Positions 40,470 through 56,679 of a stretch of DNA of 64,000 bases are shown here, in pieces (the stretch's first letter is position 1; each line of letters begins with the position of its first letter). Under the pieces are notes generated by a model. It worked only from the letters and a program-made list of their open reading frames with translations. It had not been told where the DNA came from and searched no databases. The stretch is taken from assembly GCF_009914755.1 (NCBI RefSeq), contig NC_060934.1. One strand, given 5' to 3'. Origin of the DNA: the human T2T-CHM13v2.0 reference genome, Homo sapiens. Position numbers and translations under genes: made by a program.

Positions 40470-43400
40470 CTCGAATGGAATGGACTTGAATGGAATGTAC
40501 TCGAATGTAATGGACTGGACTGGAATGGACTCAAAGGGAATGGAAAAGAATGGAATGGAAGGGAATGGAATTGAAAGGAATAGAATGGAACAGAATTGGA
40601 TGAAATGGAATGGAATGGAATTGAGACGAATGGAATAGAATTGAATGGAATGGCATCAAAAGAATGGAATTCAATGAAATGGAGTGGACTCGAATGGAAT
40701 AGAACAGAATGGAATGGTATCGAATGGAATGGAACAGAATGGAATGGAATGGAATGGAATGGAATGGAATGGAAGGGAATGGAATGGATTGGACCCAAAT
40801 ATAATGGACTAGAATGGAGTGGACTCAAATAGAATGGACTCGGAAGGAATGGTCTCAAATGGAATTTATTCGAATAGAATGGAATCGAAAGGAATGGATT
40901 CAAATGGAATGGACCGGAATGGAATGGACTGGAATAGAACAGACTTGACTGTAAGGGATTGCAATGTAACTGATTTGAATGGAACTGATTCAAATGTAAT
41001 ATAATCAAATGGAATGGAATGGTATGAAATGGAAGGGTGAAGAATGGAATGCAATAAAATGGAAGGGAGTGGAATCGAGTGGAATGGAATGGAATTGAGT
41101 GGAACAGAATCAAATGGAATGGACTGAAATGGAACAAACTGGAATAGAATGGACTAGAATAAAATGGAATCGAACGGATTGGATTCAAATGGATCAGAAG
41201 GGAATGGAATGGAATGGAATCGAATGGCATGGAGTCGAATGGAATGGAACTGAAAGGAATGGAAACAAATGGAATGGAGTTGAATGGAATTGAAAGAAAA
41301 GGATGCTATGGAGTGTAATGGAGAGATATCGAATGGAATGGAATGGAAGGGACTCGAAGGGAACGGAGTTGAAAGGAATGGAATCGAATGGAATCGAATT
41401 GAATAGAATTGAAAGGCATAGAATAGAATGGAATGGAATGGAAAGATATCGAATGGAAGGGAATGGAAAGGAATGGATTCAAATGGAATGGATTTGAATG
41501 GAATGGACTTGAACGGAAAGGACTGGAATGGAAAGGACTGCAATGATATGCACTGGAGTGGAATAGACGGGAATGGAAGGGAAACGAATGGAATGGAATG
41601 GAAAGGAATAGAATGGATTGAAATTGGATTTAACGGAATGGAATGGAATGGATTTCAATGGAAGAGAGTCGAATGGAATGGCATCAAATGGAATGTAAAT
41701 GAATGTAATGGAAGGGGGTGCGCTCAAATGGAATGGATGGGAATGGAATAGAATAGAATGGAATGGCATTGAAAGGAACGGAATGGAATGGAATGGAATG
41801 GAATGGAATGGAAAGGAATGGAGTGGAATGGAATGGAGTGGACTGAAATGTTATGTACTCAAATGGAATGGACTCAAATAGAATGCACTCGAAAAGGATT
41901 GGTCTTGAATGAAATTTATTCGAATAGAATGGATTCGAATGCAATGCAATACTATGGAATCAAATAGAATGGAATAGAATTGAAAGGAATGTAATCAAAC
42001 GGAATGGAAGGGAATGCAATGGAATGGAATAGAATGGAATGCAATGGAATGGAAAGGAGCAGAATCGAGTGTAATGGAATCGAATAGAATGGAATCAAAT
42101 GGAATGTAATCAATTGGAATGTACGCGAATGTAATGGATTCGAATGGATTATACTGGAAAATAATGGAGTCAAACAGATTGGAATCTAACGGAACAGAAT
42201 GGAATGGAATGGAATGGAATGGAATAGAATGGAATTGAATGGATTCGAAAGAATAGAATGGAATGCTGTGTAATGAAAAGAAATAGAATGGAATGGACTT
42301 GAATGGAATGTACTGGAATTGAATGGACTCGAATGGAATGGACTGGAGTGGAATAGACTCAAATGGAATGGAAAAAATGGAGTGGAATGGAGTAGAATGT
42401 GGTGGAATGGAATGAAAAGGAATAGAATGGAATGGAGTCGGATGCAATGGAATTGAATGGAAACGAAATTAATAGAATGGAATGGAGTGTAATGGAAACA
42501 CATCAAATGGAATGGAATGGAATGGACACGAAAGGAATGGACTGGAATGGAGTGGCCTCGAATGGAATGGAAACGAATGGAATGGAGTGGAATGGAATGG
42601 AATGGAATGGGATGGAGTGTAATGGAAACATATCGATTGGAATGGAATGGAATGGAATGGAATGGACTCGAGAGTAATGGACTGGAATGGAATGGCCTCG
42701 AATGGAATGGAAATGAATGGAATCAAATGGAATGGAATGGAATGGAATGGAATGGAATGGAATGGAATCAAATGGAGTGGAATTGAAAAGAATAGAATGG
42801 AATGGAATCGGCTGGAACGGAATGGAATGGATGGAGTCGAATGGATTACAATCGAATGCAATGGCAACAAGTGGAATTGAATGGACTCGAAGGGAATAGA
42901 ATTGAATGGAGTGGCATAGAATGGAATGGAATTGAATGGACCCAAGTGTAATGGACTCTAAAGGAAAGGACTCAAATAGAATGGACTGAAAATAAATGGC
43001 CTCGAATGGAATTTATACAAAAAGAATGGAATCGAATGGAATGCAATAATATAGAATGGAAACGACGGGAATGGAATCAAATGGAATGCACCGGAATGGA
43101 ATGGACTGGTATAGATCGGACTCAAATGTAATGGATTGAAATGTAATTGATTCAAATGAAATGGAATCGAATGGAATGTAATCAAATGGAATGGAATGGA
43201 ATGCAATGCGATCGAATAGAATGGAATGCAATGGAATGGAACGAAGTGCAATCGAGTGGAATGGAATCAAATGAAATGGAATCGAATTAAATGGACTGGA
43301 ATGGAATGTTGTGGAATGGAATGAACTGGAGTGGAATGGACTCAAATGGAATGGAAACGAATGGAATGGCATGGAATGGAGTGGAACAGAATGGAATGGA

Positions 43401-46400
43401 AAGGAATAGCATGGAATGGAATGGAATGGAATGGAATCAAATGTAACGGAAAGGAAGGCAATGGAATGGAATAGAATGGAATGCAATGGAATGGAACGGA
43501 GTGAAATCGAATGTAATGGAATCGAATGGAATGGAATCGAATGGAATGGAATCGATTGGAATGGACTGGAATGTAATGGACTCGAATGGTTTGCACAAAA
43601 AAAATGGAATCGAACAGATTGGAATCGAACGGAACGGAATGGAATGGAATGGAATGAAATGGAATGGACTCCAATGTAATGGAGTCGAATGGAATGGAAT
43701 GGAATGGAATGGAATGGAATGGAATATAATGGAATTGAATGAAATTGAAAGGAATATAATGGAATGGAAGGGAATGGAAAGAAATGGAATGGAATGGAAT
43801 GGAATGGACATGAATGGAATGTACTGTAATAGAATGTACTCGAATGGAATGGACTGGAGTCGAATGGACTCGAATGGAATGTAAAGGAATGGAATGTAAA
43901 GGAATGGAATGGAATGGAATGGAATGGAAAGGAATAGAATGGAATGCAATCGGATTGAATGGAATGCAATGGAATGGAGTTGAATGGAATAGAATCGAAT
44001 GGAATGGCATCAAATGGAATGGAATGGAATGAACTGGAATGTAATGGAATGTAAACAAATGTAATGGAGTTGAATGGAATGGACTCAAATATAATGAACT
44101 CAAAAGGAATGTCTCGAAAGGAATTCATTCGAATCGAATGGAATCGAATGGAATGCAATAGAAGGGAATCGAATGGAATGGAGTGCAGTTGAATGGAATG
44201 GAACGGAATGGAATGGACTGGAATAGAAAGGACTCGAATGTAATGGATTGCAATGTAATTGATTCGAATGGAATGCAATCAAATGTAATGTAATCAAATG
44301 GATTGGAAAGGAATGCAATGGAATGGAATAGAACGGAATTCAATGGAATGTGACGGAGTAGAATCGAGTGGAATGGAATCTAATGCAATGGAATCAAATG
44401 GAATGGATTCGAATGGAATGGACTGGAATGGAATGGACTCAAATGTAATGGACTTGAATAAAATGGAATCAAATGGATTGGAATCAAACAGAACGGAATG
44501 TAATGTAATGGAATGGAATGGAATGGAATGGAATGGAATGGAATGGAATGGAATGGAATGGAATGGAGTGGAAGGACTCTAATGGAATGGAAACGAATGT
44601 AATGGAATGGAATTGAATGCATTGGAATGGAATGAAATAGCATAGAATGGAATGGAGTTGGATGGAATGGAATGGAATGGAATGGAGTCAAAAGGAATAG
44701 AATCGAATGGAATGGCATTGAATGGAACAGAATGGAATGGAATGGAATGGAAAGAACTCGAATGGAATGGACTCAAATGGAAAAAAATGGAATGGAATGG
44801 CATGGAATGGAATGGAATAGAATGGAATGGAGCGGAATGGACCCAAAAGTAATGGACCCGAAAGGAATGGACTCAAATAGAATGGACTCGAGGGTAATGG
44901 TCTCGAATGGAATTTATTCAAAAAGAATGGAATCGAAAGGATTGCAATAGTGTGGAATGGAATCGAATGTAATGGAATCGAATGCAATAGACTGGAATTC
45001 AATGTACTGGAATAGAATGGACTCGAATGTAATGGATTGCAATGTAATTGATTCAAATGGAAAGGAATCGAATGGAATGTGATCAAGTGGAATAGAAGGG
45101 AAAGCAATGGAATGGAACAGAATGGAATGCAATGGAATGGAACAGAGTGAAATCGAGTGGAATGGAATAGAATGGAAAGGAATCAAATGGAATGGAATCG
45201 AATGTAATGGACTGGAATGGAATGGACTGGTAGAAAATGGAATCGAATGGATTGGAATCGAGCAGGACCAAATGGAATGGAATGGAATGTCCTCGAATGG
45301 AATGGACTGCAATGGAATGTACTGGAAAAAAATGGAATCGAATGGATTGGAATCGAGTGGAATGGAAGGGAATGAAATGGAATGGACTCGAATGGAATAG
45401 AGTTGAACGGAATGGAATGGAATGGAATGGAATGGAATGGAATAGAATGGAATCAAAAGGAATAAAATGGAATGGAGTGTAAAGGAAAGATATCGAATGG
45501 AATGGAATGCAATGGACCCGAATGGAATGGACTCAGATGAAATGGACTGGAGAGGAATGGTCTCAAATGTAATGGAAACGAATGTACTGGAATGGAATGG
45601 AATGGAATGGAAGGGAAAGGAATAGAAGGGAATGGAATCAGATGGAAGGGGATGGAATGGAATGGATTCAAATGGAATGGACTTGAATGGAATAGAATAG
45701 AATGGAATGTCATCGAACGGAATGGAAATGAAGGGAGTGTAATGGAAAGATATCAAATGGAATTTAATGGAATGGAATGGACTCGAATGGAATGTACTTC
45801 ATTGAAATTTACTCGAATAGAATGGACTGGAGTGGAATGGACACGAATGGAGTGGAATGGAGTGGAATGGAATGGAATGGAAAGGAATAGAATGGAATGG
45901 AATCACATGGGTCAGAATGGAATGGAAAGGAGTCGAAAGGAATAGAATTGAATAGAATGGGATTGAATGGAATGGAATGGAATGGACTCGAATGGTATGG
46001 ACTCGAATGGAATAGAATACAATGGAATGACATCGAAAGGAATGGAATTGAATGGAATGGATTGGAATGGAATGGAATGGCATGGAACCAAATGTAATGG
46101 ACTCGAAAGGAATGCAATCAAATAGAATGGTCTCGAAAGGAATTGTCTCAAATGGAATGTATTCGAATAGAATGGAATCGAATGGAATGCAGTAGTATGG
46201 AATAGAGCCGAATGGAATGGAATCGAATGAAATGGACCGGAATGGAATGGACTGGAATAGAATGGACAAGAATGTAATGGATGGCAATGGAATTGATTGG
46301 AATGGAATGGAATCAAAAGGAATGTAAACAAATGAAATGGAATGGAATGCAATGGAAAGCAATAAAGTGGAATGCAATGTAATGGAACGTAGTGGAATCG

Positions 46401-49400
46401 AGTGGAATGGAATCGAATGGAATGGAATCGATTGGAAAGGAGTGGAATGGAATGGACTCGAATGGATAGGACTGGAACAAAATGTAATCGAATGCATTGG
46501 AATGGAACGGAACGGAATGGAATGGAATGGAATGAACTCGAGTGAAATGGAGTCGAATGGAATGGAACTGAATGGAATGGAATTGAATGCAATTGAAAGG
46601 AACAGCATGGAATGGAGTGTAATGGAAAGGTATCGAATGGAATGGAATGGAATTTAGTGGAATCGAACGGAACGGACTGGAATGGAATGGAATCGAATGG
46701 AACGGACTGGAGTGGAATGTACCCGAATGGAATGGAAACAAATGGAATGGAATGGAAAGGAATAGAATGGAATGGAATCGGATGGAACAGAATGGAATGA
46801 AATGGACTCGAAGGGAATAGAATCTAATGGAATGACATTGAATGGAATTTAGAGGAATGGAATGGAATGGAATGGAATGGAAAGGACACGAATGGAGTGG
46901 ACTCGAGTAGAATAGAATAGAATGGAATGTCATCGAATGGAATGGAATCGAATTTAATGGAATGGAATAGACCGAAATGTAATGGACTGCAATGGAATGG
47001 ACTCAAATAGAATGGACTCGAAAGAATGGTCTCAAATGGAATTTATTCGAATAGAATGGAATCGAATGCAATGCAATAGTAAGGAATGGAATCGAATGGA
47101 ATGCAATCGAACCGAATGGAACAGAATGGAATGGACTGGAATGGAATGGACTCGAACGTAATGGATTTCAAAGTAATTGATTCGAATGGAATATAATCAA
47201 ATGGAATGGAAAGGAATGCAATGGAATGGAATAGAATGGAATGGAATGGAAAGTAATGGAATCGAGCAGAATGGAATCGAATGCAATTTAATTGAATGCA
47301 ATGGAATCGAATGGAACGGACTGGAATGGAATGGACTCGAATGGAATGGACTGGAATAAATTGGAATGGAACGGCTTCGAATCAAATTGAACGCAATGGA
47401 ATGGAATGGAATGGAATGGACACGAATGGACACGAATGGAATGGAGTCGAATGGAGTGGAATAGAACGGAATCAAATCGAATAGAATGGAATTCAATGGA
47501 ATTGAAGGGAATAGAATGGAATGCAGTGTAATGAAAGATATCTTATGGAATGGAATGGAATGGACTCGCATGGAATTGTCTGGAATGGAATGGTATCGAA
47601 TGGAATGTACTAGAGTGGAATGCACTAGAATGTAATGGAAACAAACGGAATGGTATGGAATGGAATGGAATAGTAAGGAATAGAATGGAATGGAATAGGA
47701 TGCAATGGAATAGAATGGAATGGAGTCAAATGGAATAGAAACGAAAGGAATGGCATCAAATGGAAAGGAATGGAATGGAATGGAATGGAAAGGAATGGAC
47801 TCGAATGGAATGGACTCGAATGGAATCGAATCAAATGGAATGTCATCAAAAGGAATGGAATGTAATGGACCCAAATGTAACGGACTCGAATGGAATGGAC
47901 TCAAATAGAATGAACTCGAAAGAAATGGTTTCGAAAGGAATATAATCGAATAGAAAGGGATCGAATGGAATGCAATTTTATGGAATGGTATCTGATGGAA
48001 TGGAATCGAAAGGAATGGAATGGAATGCAATGGACTGGAATAGTACGGACTCGAATGTAATGGATTGCAATAAAACTAATTCGAATGGAATGGAATCAGA
48101 TAGAATGTAATTGAAAGGAATGGAATATAATGCAATGGAATGGAATAGAATGGAATGCAATGGAATGGAATAGAATGGAATGCAATGGAATGGAAGGGAG
48201 TGGAATCGAGTGGAATGGAATCGAATGGCAAGGAATCGAATGGAATGGACTCGAATGGAATGGACTCGAATGGAATAGACAGGAACAAAATGGAATAGAA
48301 AAGATTGGAATTCAACGGAATGGACTCGATGGGAATGGAGTCAAATGGAATGGAATGGAGTAGAATGGAATTGAAAGGAATGGAGTATAATGGAGAGATA
48401 TCAAATGGAACGGAATGGAATGGACAAGAATGGAATGGACTGCAGTGGAATGGACTCGAATGGAATGGAAAGGAATGGAATGGAAAGGAAAGGAATGGAA
48501 TGGAATGGAATAGAATGGAATGGAAAGGAGTCGAATGGAATGGAATCAATTGGAATGTCATCATATGGACTGGAATGGAATGCAATGGACTCGAATGGAA
48601 TGGACTGGAATGGAATTGAATGGAGTGGAAAGGCATTGAATGGAATGGAATGCAATGGAATGGAATGGAATGGAATGGAATGGACCCAAATGTAATGGAT
48701 TCGAATGGAATCAACTCAAATAGAATGGATTCAAAAGGAATGATCTCGAATGGAATTTATTCGAAAAGAATGGAATTGAATGGAAATCAATAGTATGGAA
48801 TGGAATCAAATGGAATGGATTCGAATGGAATGGAACGGAATGGAATAGATTGGAATAGAATGGAGTAGAATGTAATGGATTGCATTGTAATTGATTCGAA
48901 TGGAATGGAATCGATGGAAATTTTTCAAATGGAATTGATGGAATGCAATGGAATGGAATAGAAAGAAATGCAGTGTAATGGAACGGAGTGGAATCGAGTG
49001 GAATGGAATGGAGAAAAATGGAATCGAATGGAATGTAATCTAATGGAATTGAGTCGAATGGAATTGACTGGAAAAAAATGGAATCGAATGGATTGCAATC
49101 AAATGGAACGGAAAAGAATGGAATAGATTGCACTCTAATGGAATGGAGTCGAATGGAATGGAACCGAATGGAATGGAATTAAATAGAATGGAATTGAACG
49201 GAATCAAATGGAATAGAATGGAATGGAGTGAAATGGAGTGATATTGAATGGAATGGAACGGACTTGAATGAAATGGACTGGAATGGAATGGAACCTAATG
49301 GAATGGAATTCAATGGAATCAAAAGGAAAAGAACGGAATGGAGTGTAATGGAAAGATATCAAATGGAATGGAATGGAATTGAATGGAATGGAGTCGAATG

Positions 49401-51465
49401 GAATGGACTTTAATGGAATGGACTCAAATCGAATGGACTGAAGTGGAATGGGCTCGAATGGAATGGAAACGAATGGAATGGAAAGGAATAGAATGGAATG
49501 GAATTGGATGAATGGAATGGAATGGAGTCGAATGGAAGAGAATCGAATGGAATGGCATCAAATGGAATGGAATGGAATGGAATGGAATGGACTCGAATGG
49601 AGTAGAATCGAATGGAATGGCACTGAATGGAACGGAATGGAATGGAATGGAATGGACCCAAATGTAATGGACTCGAATGGAATAAACTCAAATAGAATGG
49701 ACAAGAAAGGAATGGTCTTGAATGGAATTTATTCGAATAGAATGGAATTGAATGGAATGCAATAGTATGGAATGTAACTGAATGGAATGGACCGGAAAGG
49801 AATAGACCGGAATAGAACGGACTCGAATGTAATGGAATGCAATGCAACGCAACGGATTTGAATGGTATGGAATCGAATGGAATGAAATCAAATGGAAAGT
49901 AAGTGTATGCAATGGAATGGAACAGAATGCAATGCAATGGAATGGAACGGAGTGGAATCGAGTGGAATTGAATCGAATGGAATGAAATTGAATGGAATGG
50001 ACTGGAATGGAATGGACTCGAATGGATTGGACTGGAACAAAATGGAATTGAAAGGATTGGAATCGAACAGAACGGAATGGAATGGAATGGAATGGACTCG
50101 ATTGGAATGGAGTCAAACGGAATGAAACCGAACAGAATGAATCGAATTGAATGGACTTGAATGGAATCGAAATGAATAAAATGGATTGGAGTGTGATGGA
50201 AAGATATGCAATGGAATGGAATGCAATGGACTCGAAGTTAATGGACTGGAATGGAATGTAATTGAATGGAATGGACTGGAATGGAATGGTCTCGAAATGA
50301 ATGGAAACGAAATGAATGCAATGGAATAGAATGGAATGGAATTGAATGGAAAGGAATTGGTTTGGAACTGAAAGGAATGGAATGGAGTCAAATGTAATAT
50401 AATCCAACAGAATGATATTGAATGGAATGGAATGCAATGGAATGGAATGGAATAGAATGGAATGGAATGGACCCAAATGTAATGGACTCGAATGGAATGG
50501 ACTCAAATAGAATGGACTCAAAGGGAATGGTCTCGAATGGAATTTATTTGAATAGACTGGAATAGAATGAAATGCAATAGTATGGAACGGAATCGAATGG
50601 AATGGAAGTGAATGGAAAGGACTGGAATGGAATGGACTGGAATAGAACAGACTCAAATGTAATGGACTGCAATATAATAGAATCGAACGGAATGGAATCG
50701 AATGGAATGTAATCAAATGGAATTGAATGGAATGCAATGGAATGGAATATAATGGAATGAAATGGAATGGAATATAATGGAATGCAATGGAATGGAATGG
50801 AATGCATTGAAATGGAACAGAGTGGAATTGAGTGGAATGGAATCGAAAAGAATGGAATTGAATGGAATGGACTGGAATGGAATGTACTTGAATGGAATGG
50901 ATGTGAACAAAATGGAATCGAAAGCATTGGAATGGAATGGAATGGAATGGAATGGAAAGGAATGTGATGGACTCGAAACTAATGGAGTTGAATGGAATGG
51001 AATCAAATGGAATGGAATTGAATAGAAAGGAATTGAATGGAAATGAAATGAATAGAACGGAAGGGAGTGTGATGGAAAGATTTCGAATGGATTGGAATGG
51101 AATGGACACGAGTGGAACGAAGTGAAATGGAATGGACTCGAAGGGAAAGGACTGGAGTGGAATGGACTCGAATTGATTGGAAATCAATTGCATGGAATGA
51201 AATGGAATGGAATGGAAAGGAATACAGTGGAATGGAATCGGATGGAACAGAATGGAATGGAACGGAGACAAATGGAATAGAATCGAATGGAATGGCATCG
51301 AATGGAATGGAATGGAATGGACACGAATGGAATGGATGCAAATGGAATAGAATCGAATGGAATGGCATCGAATGGAATGGAATTTAATGGAATGAACTCG
51401 AATGGAATGGACTGGAATGGAATGGACTCGAATGACATGGAAAAGAATGGAATGGAATGAAAAGG

Positions 51466-51625
51466 AATGGAATGGAAAGGAATAGAATGGAATGGAACCA
51501 GATGGATCAGAATGGAATGGAATGCAGTCAAATGGAATGGAAAGGAATGGAATGGAATGGAAAGGAATAGAATGGAATGGAATCAGATGGATCAGAATGG
51601 AATGGAATGCAGTCAAATGGAATAG
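51466..51625 (-). repeat. 85-bp tandem duplication
   Basis: CAGATGGATCAGAATGGAATGGAATGCAGTCAAATGGAAT at 51499 and 51584. Confidence 0.85.
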
Positions 51626-54600
51626 AATAGAATGGAATGGAATCGCATGTAATGGAATGGAATGGAATGGAATGGAATGGACTAGAATGGAATGGAAACG
51701 ACTGGAATGGAATGGAATGGACTAGAATGGAATAGAATAGAAAGGAATGGCATCGAATTGAATGGAATGGATTGGAATGGAATGGACACAAATGTAATGG
51801 ACTCAAATAGAATGGACTCAAATAGAATGTACTTGAAAGGAATGGTCTCGAATGGAAATTATTTGCACAGAATGGAATCGAATGGAATACAGTGTTATGG
51901 AATGGAATTGAATGGAATTGAATCGAATGGAACGGAACATAATGGAATGGACTGGAATAGAACAGACTCAAAAGTAATGGATTGCAATGTAATTGATTTG
52001 AATGTAATGGAATTGAATGAAATGTAATCAAATGGAACAGAATGGAATGCAATGGAATGGAATACAATGGAATGCAATGGAATGGAATGAAGTGGAATTG
52101 AATGGAATGGAATCGAATGAAATGAAATCGAATGGAATAGAATCAAATGGAATGGACTGAAATGGAATGGACTCGAATGTAATGGACTGGAAAAAAATGG
52201 ATTAGAATGGATTGGAATTGAACCGAAAGGAATGGAATGGAATGGAATGGAAGAGCAAGGACTTGAATGGAATGGAGTCGAATGGATTGGAACCGAATGG
52301 AATGGAATTGAATGGAATCGATAGGAATAGAATGGAATGGTGTGTTGTGGACAGATATCAAATGGAAGGGAAGGAATGGAATGGACTCGAATGGAATGGA
52401 CTGGAATGGAGTCGACTCAAATGGAATAGACTGGAGTGGCAACGACTGGAATGGAACAGAAACGAATGGAATGGAAAGAAAAGGAATAGCATGGAATGGT
52501 GTCACATGGAAATGAATGGAATAGAATGGAGTCGAATGGAATAGAATCGAAAGGATTGGCATCGAATGGAATGGCCTCGAATTGAATGGAATTGAAAGGA
52601 ATAGAATTAAATGTAATGGCATCGAATGGAAGGGAATGGAACCAAATGGAATGGAATGGATTTGAATGGTATGGAATCAAATGGAAAGGAAATGAATGAA
52701 ATGGAATTGAATGGAATCAAAAGGAATAGAATGCAATGGAGTGTCATGGAAAGATATTGAATGGAATGGAATGGACTGGATTCGAATGGAATGGACTGGA
52801 ATGGAATGGACTCGAATGGAATGAACTGGAGTGGAATGGACTCAAATGGAATGGAAACGAACGGAATGGAATCAAATAGAATGGAAAGGAATAGAATGGA
52901 ATGAATGGAAGTGGATGGAAAGGAATGGAATGGAATGGACTCGAATAGAACAGGAGCCAATGGAATGACATGGAATGGGAAGGAAAGGAATGGAATGGAA
53001 TGGAATGGAATGGAATGGAATGGACTCGAATGGAATTGGGTCGAAAGGAATAGAATTGAATGGAATGGCATCGAATGGAATGGAATGGAATGGAATAGAC
53101 CAAAATGTAATGGACAGAAATATAATGGACACAAATAATATGGACTAGAATGCAATGGTCTCGAATGGAATTTATGCGAATAGAATTGAATCAAATGGAA
53201 AGCAATAGTATGGAATGGAATCGAATGGAATAGAATCGAATGGAAGGGACTGGAATGGAATGGACTGGAATAGAACTGACATGAATGTAATGGACTACAA
53301 TGTAATTTATTCGAATGCAATGGAATCAAATGGAATGTAATCAAATGGAATAGAATGGAATGCAATGGAATGGAAGAGAATGGAATGCAAAGGAATGGAA
53401 TGGGGTGGAATCGCGTGGACTGGAATACAATGGAAGGGAATCGAATGGAATGCAATGGATTGGAATGGACTGGAATGGAATGGACCCCAATGGAATCGAC
53501 TGGAATTAAATGGAATCAAACAGATTGGAATCAAACAGAACAGAATGTAATGGAATGGAATGGACTCAAATAGAATGGAGTCGAATGGTATGGAACCGAA
53601 TGGAATGGGATCGAATGGAATGGAATTGAATGGAATCATAGGGAATAGAATGGAGTAGAGTGTAATGGAAATATATCGAATGGACACGAATGGAATGGAC
53701 TGGAATGGAATGGACTCGGATGGAATGGACTGGAGAGGAATGGACCATAATGGAATGGAAGCGAATGGTATGGAATGGAATGGAATGGGATGGAATGGAA
53801 TGGAATGGGATGGAATGGAATGGAATGAAATGGAATCGGATGGAACGGAATGGAATGGAATGGAGTCGAATGGAATAGAATCGAATGGAATGGTATGAAA
53901 AGGAATGGAATGGAATGGAATGGAATGGAACAGACTCAAATGGAATGGACTCGAATGGAAGAGAATCAAATGGAATGGCATCGAATGGAATGAAATGGAA
54001 TGGAATGGACCCAAATATAATGGACTCGAAAGTAATGGTCTCAAATGGATTTTATACGAATAGAATGGAATCGAATGGAATGCAATAGTATGGAATGGAA
54101 TCGAATGGAATGGATTGGAATGGAATGGACTGGAATAGAACGGACTCGAATGTAATGGATTGCAATATAATTGATCCAAATGGAATGGAAACGAATGGGA
54201 TGTAATCAAATGGAATGTAAAGGAATGCAATGGAATGCAATAGAATGGAATGCAAAGGAATGGAATGGAGTGGAATAGACTGGAATGGAATGGAAAGGAA
54301 TGGAATCCAATGTAATGGTACCTAATGGAATGGATTGTAATGGTATGAACTCGAACGGAATGGACTGGACCAAAACGGAAACGAATGGATTGGAATCGAA
54401 CGGAATGGAATGGAATCAAATGGAATGGAATGGCGTCAAAATGAATGGAACCGAATGGAAAGGAAACGAATAGAATGGAATTGAATGGAATCGAAAGGAA
54501 TAGAATGCAATGGAGGGTAATGGAAAGATATCGAATGGAATGGAATGGAATGGAATGGAATGAAACGGCCTGGAATGGAATGGACTCGAATGGAACGGAC

Positions 54601-56130
54601 TGGAGTGGAATGGATTCGAAAGGAGTGGAATGGAATGGAAGGGAAGGGAATGGAATGGAAAGGAATAGACGGGCATGGAATAAGAAGGAACGGAATGGAA
54701 TGGAATGGAGTTGAATGGAATACAATCGAAAGGAATTGCATTGAATGGAATGGACTGGAATGGAATGGAGCTGACTCGAATGAAATGGAAACGGATGTAA
54801 TGGAATGTAATGGAATGGAATGGAAAGGAATAGAATGGAAGGGAATCGGATGGAACAGAATGGAATGGAATGGAGTCGAATGGAATAGAATTGAATCAAA
54901 TGGCATCGAACGGAATGGCATCGAATGGAATGCAATGGAATGGACTCGAATGGAACAGCATCGAATGGAATGGACTCGAATGGAATGGACTCGAATAGAA
55001 CAGCATCGAATGGAATGACATCGAATGGAATGGAATGGAATGGAATGGAATGGAATGGAATGGAATGGAGTGGAATAGAATGGGATGCAACGGAAAGGAA
55101 TGGAGTGGAGTTGAGTGGAAAGAAATCGAATGGAAACAAATAGAATGGAATGGATTCGAATGGAATGGAGTGGAATGGAATGGACTCGAATGAAATGGAA
55201 TGGAACAAAATGGAATCGTACAGATTGGAATCGAATGCCATGGATTGGAATGGAATGGACTCTAATGGAATGGAATCGAATGGAATGGAATCAAATGGAA
55301 TGGAATTGAATGGAATACAAAGGAATAGAATGGAAAGGAGTGTAATGGAAATATATTGAATGGAAAGGAATGGAATGGAATGGACTCAAATGGAATAGAC
55401 TGGATTTAAATGGATTCGAATGGAATGGAGTCCAGTGGAATGGACTCGAATGGAAAGAAAAAATGGAATGGAATGCAATGGAAAGGAATAGAATGGAATG
55501 GAATTGGATGGATCAGAATAAAAAGGAATGGAATCGAAAGGAATGGAATCGAATGGAAATTCATCGAATGGAATGGAATGGAATGGACTGGAATGGAATT
55601 GAATGGAATGGAATTGACTGTAATAGAGTCGAATGGAATGGAATTGAATGGAATCGAAAGGAGTGGAATGGAATGGAGTGTTATGGAAAGATATCGAATG
55701 GAATGAAATGGAATGGATTCGAAAGGAATGGACTGGAATGGATTGGACTCCAATGGAATGGACTGGAGAGGAATGGACTCGAATGGAATGGAAATGAAGG
55801 GAAAGGAAGAGAACGGAATGGAATCGGATGGAAAGGAACGGAAAGGAATGGAGTCAAATGGAATGAATTGTAATGGAATATATTTGAATGAATGGACTGG
55901 AGTGGAATGGAATTGAATGCAATGGAAACGAGTGGAATGGAATGGAATGGAATAGAATGGAATGGAATGGAATGGAATGGAATGGAAAGGAATGGAATTG
56001 AAAGGAATTTATTGGAATGGAATCTGATGGAACGGAATTGAATTGTATGGAGTCGAATGGAAGGGAACAAATTGAATGGCATCAAATTAAATGGAATGGA
56101 ATCAAATGGAATGGAATCGAAAGGAATGGA

Positions 56131-56310
56131 CTGGAATGGAATGGAATCGAATGGAGTGGACTGCAAAAGAAAGGAATCGAATGTAATGGACTGGAATGGA
56201 ATGGAATCGAATGGAGTGGACTGCAAAAGAAAGGAATCGAATGTAATGCAATGGAATGGAATGGAGTCAAATGGAATGGACTGCAAAAGAAAGGAATCGA
56301 ACAGATTAGA
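56131..56310 (-). repeat. 60-bp unit in three tandem copies
   Basis: CTGCAAAAGAAAGGAATCGA at 56161, 56221 and 56281. The first two units are almost identical. Confidence 0.9.
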
Positions 56311-56679
56311 ATCGAATGGAACGGAATGGAATGGAAAAGAATAGAATGGAATGGAATGCAATGGACTCAATTGGAATGTAGTCGAATGGAATGGAATCGA
56401 ATGGAATGGAATCGAATAAAAAGGAATTGAATGGAATTTAAAGGAATAGATTGGAATGGAGTGTAATGGAAAGATACCTAATGGAATGGACTTGAATGGA
56501 ATTGACTGGAATGGAATGGACTGGAGTGGAATGGACACGAATGGAATGGATATGAATGAAACGGAATGCAATGGAATGGATTGGAATGGAATAGAATGGA
56601 AAGGGATTGGATGGAACGGAATGGAATGGAATAGATTTGACTGGAATAGAATCAAATGAAATTTCGTCAGATGGAAGGG

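Larger units (their letters stand above)
23040..41950 (-). repeat. Copy 1 of a diverged multi-module duplication (paralogous to ~43000-59600)
   Basis: Colinear shared rare variants: GGAATATAATGGAATTGAATGAAATTGAAA at 23533/43721; GGAATGTCCTCGAAT at 25222/45284; GCATGGAATTGTCTGGAATGG at 31318/47568; GTGTCATGG at 35262/52741; TGGGATGCAA at 37597/55081; GGTATGAAATGG at 41021/58575. Boundaries approximate. Confidence 0.8.
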
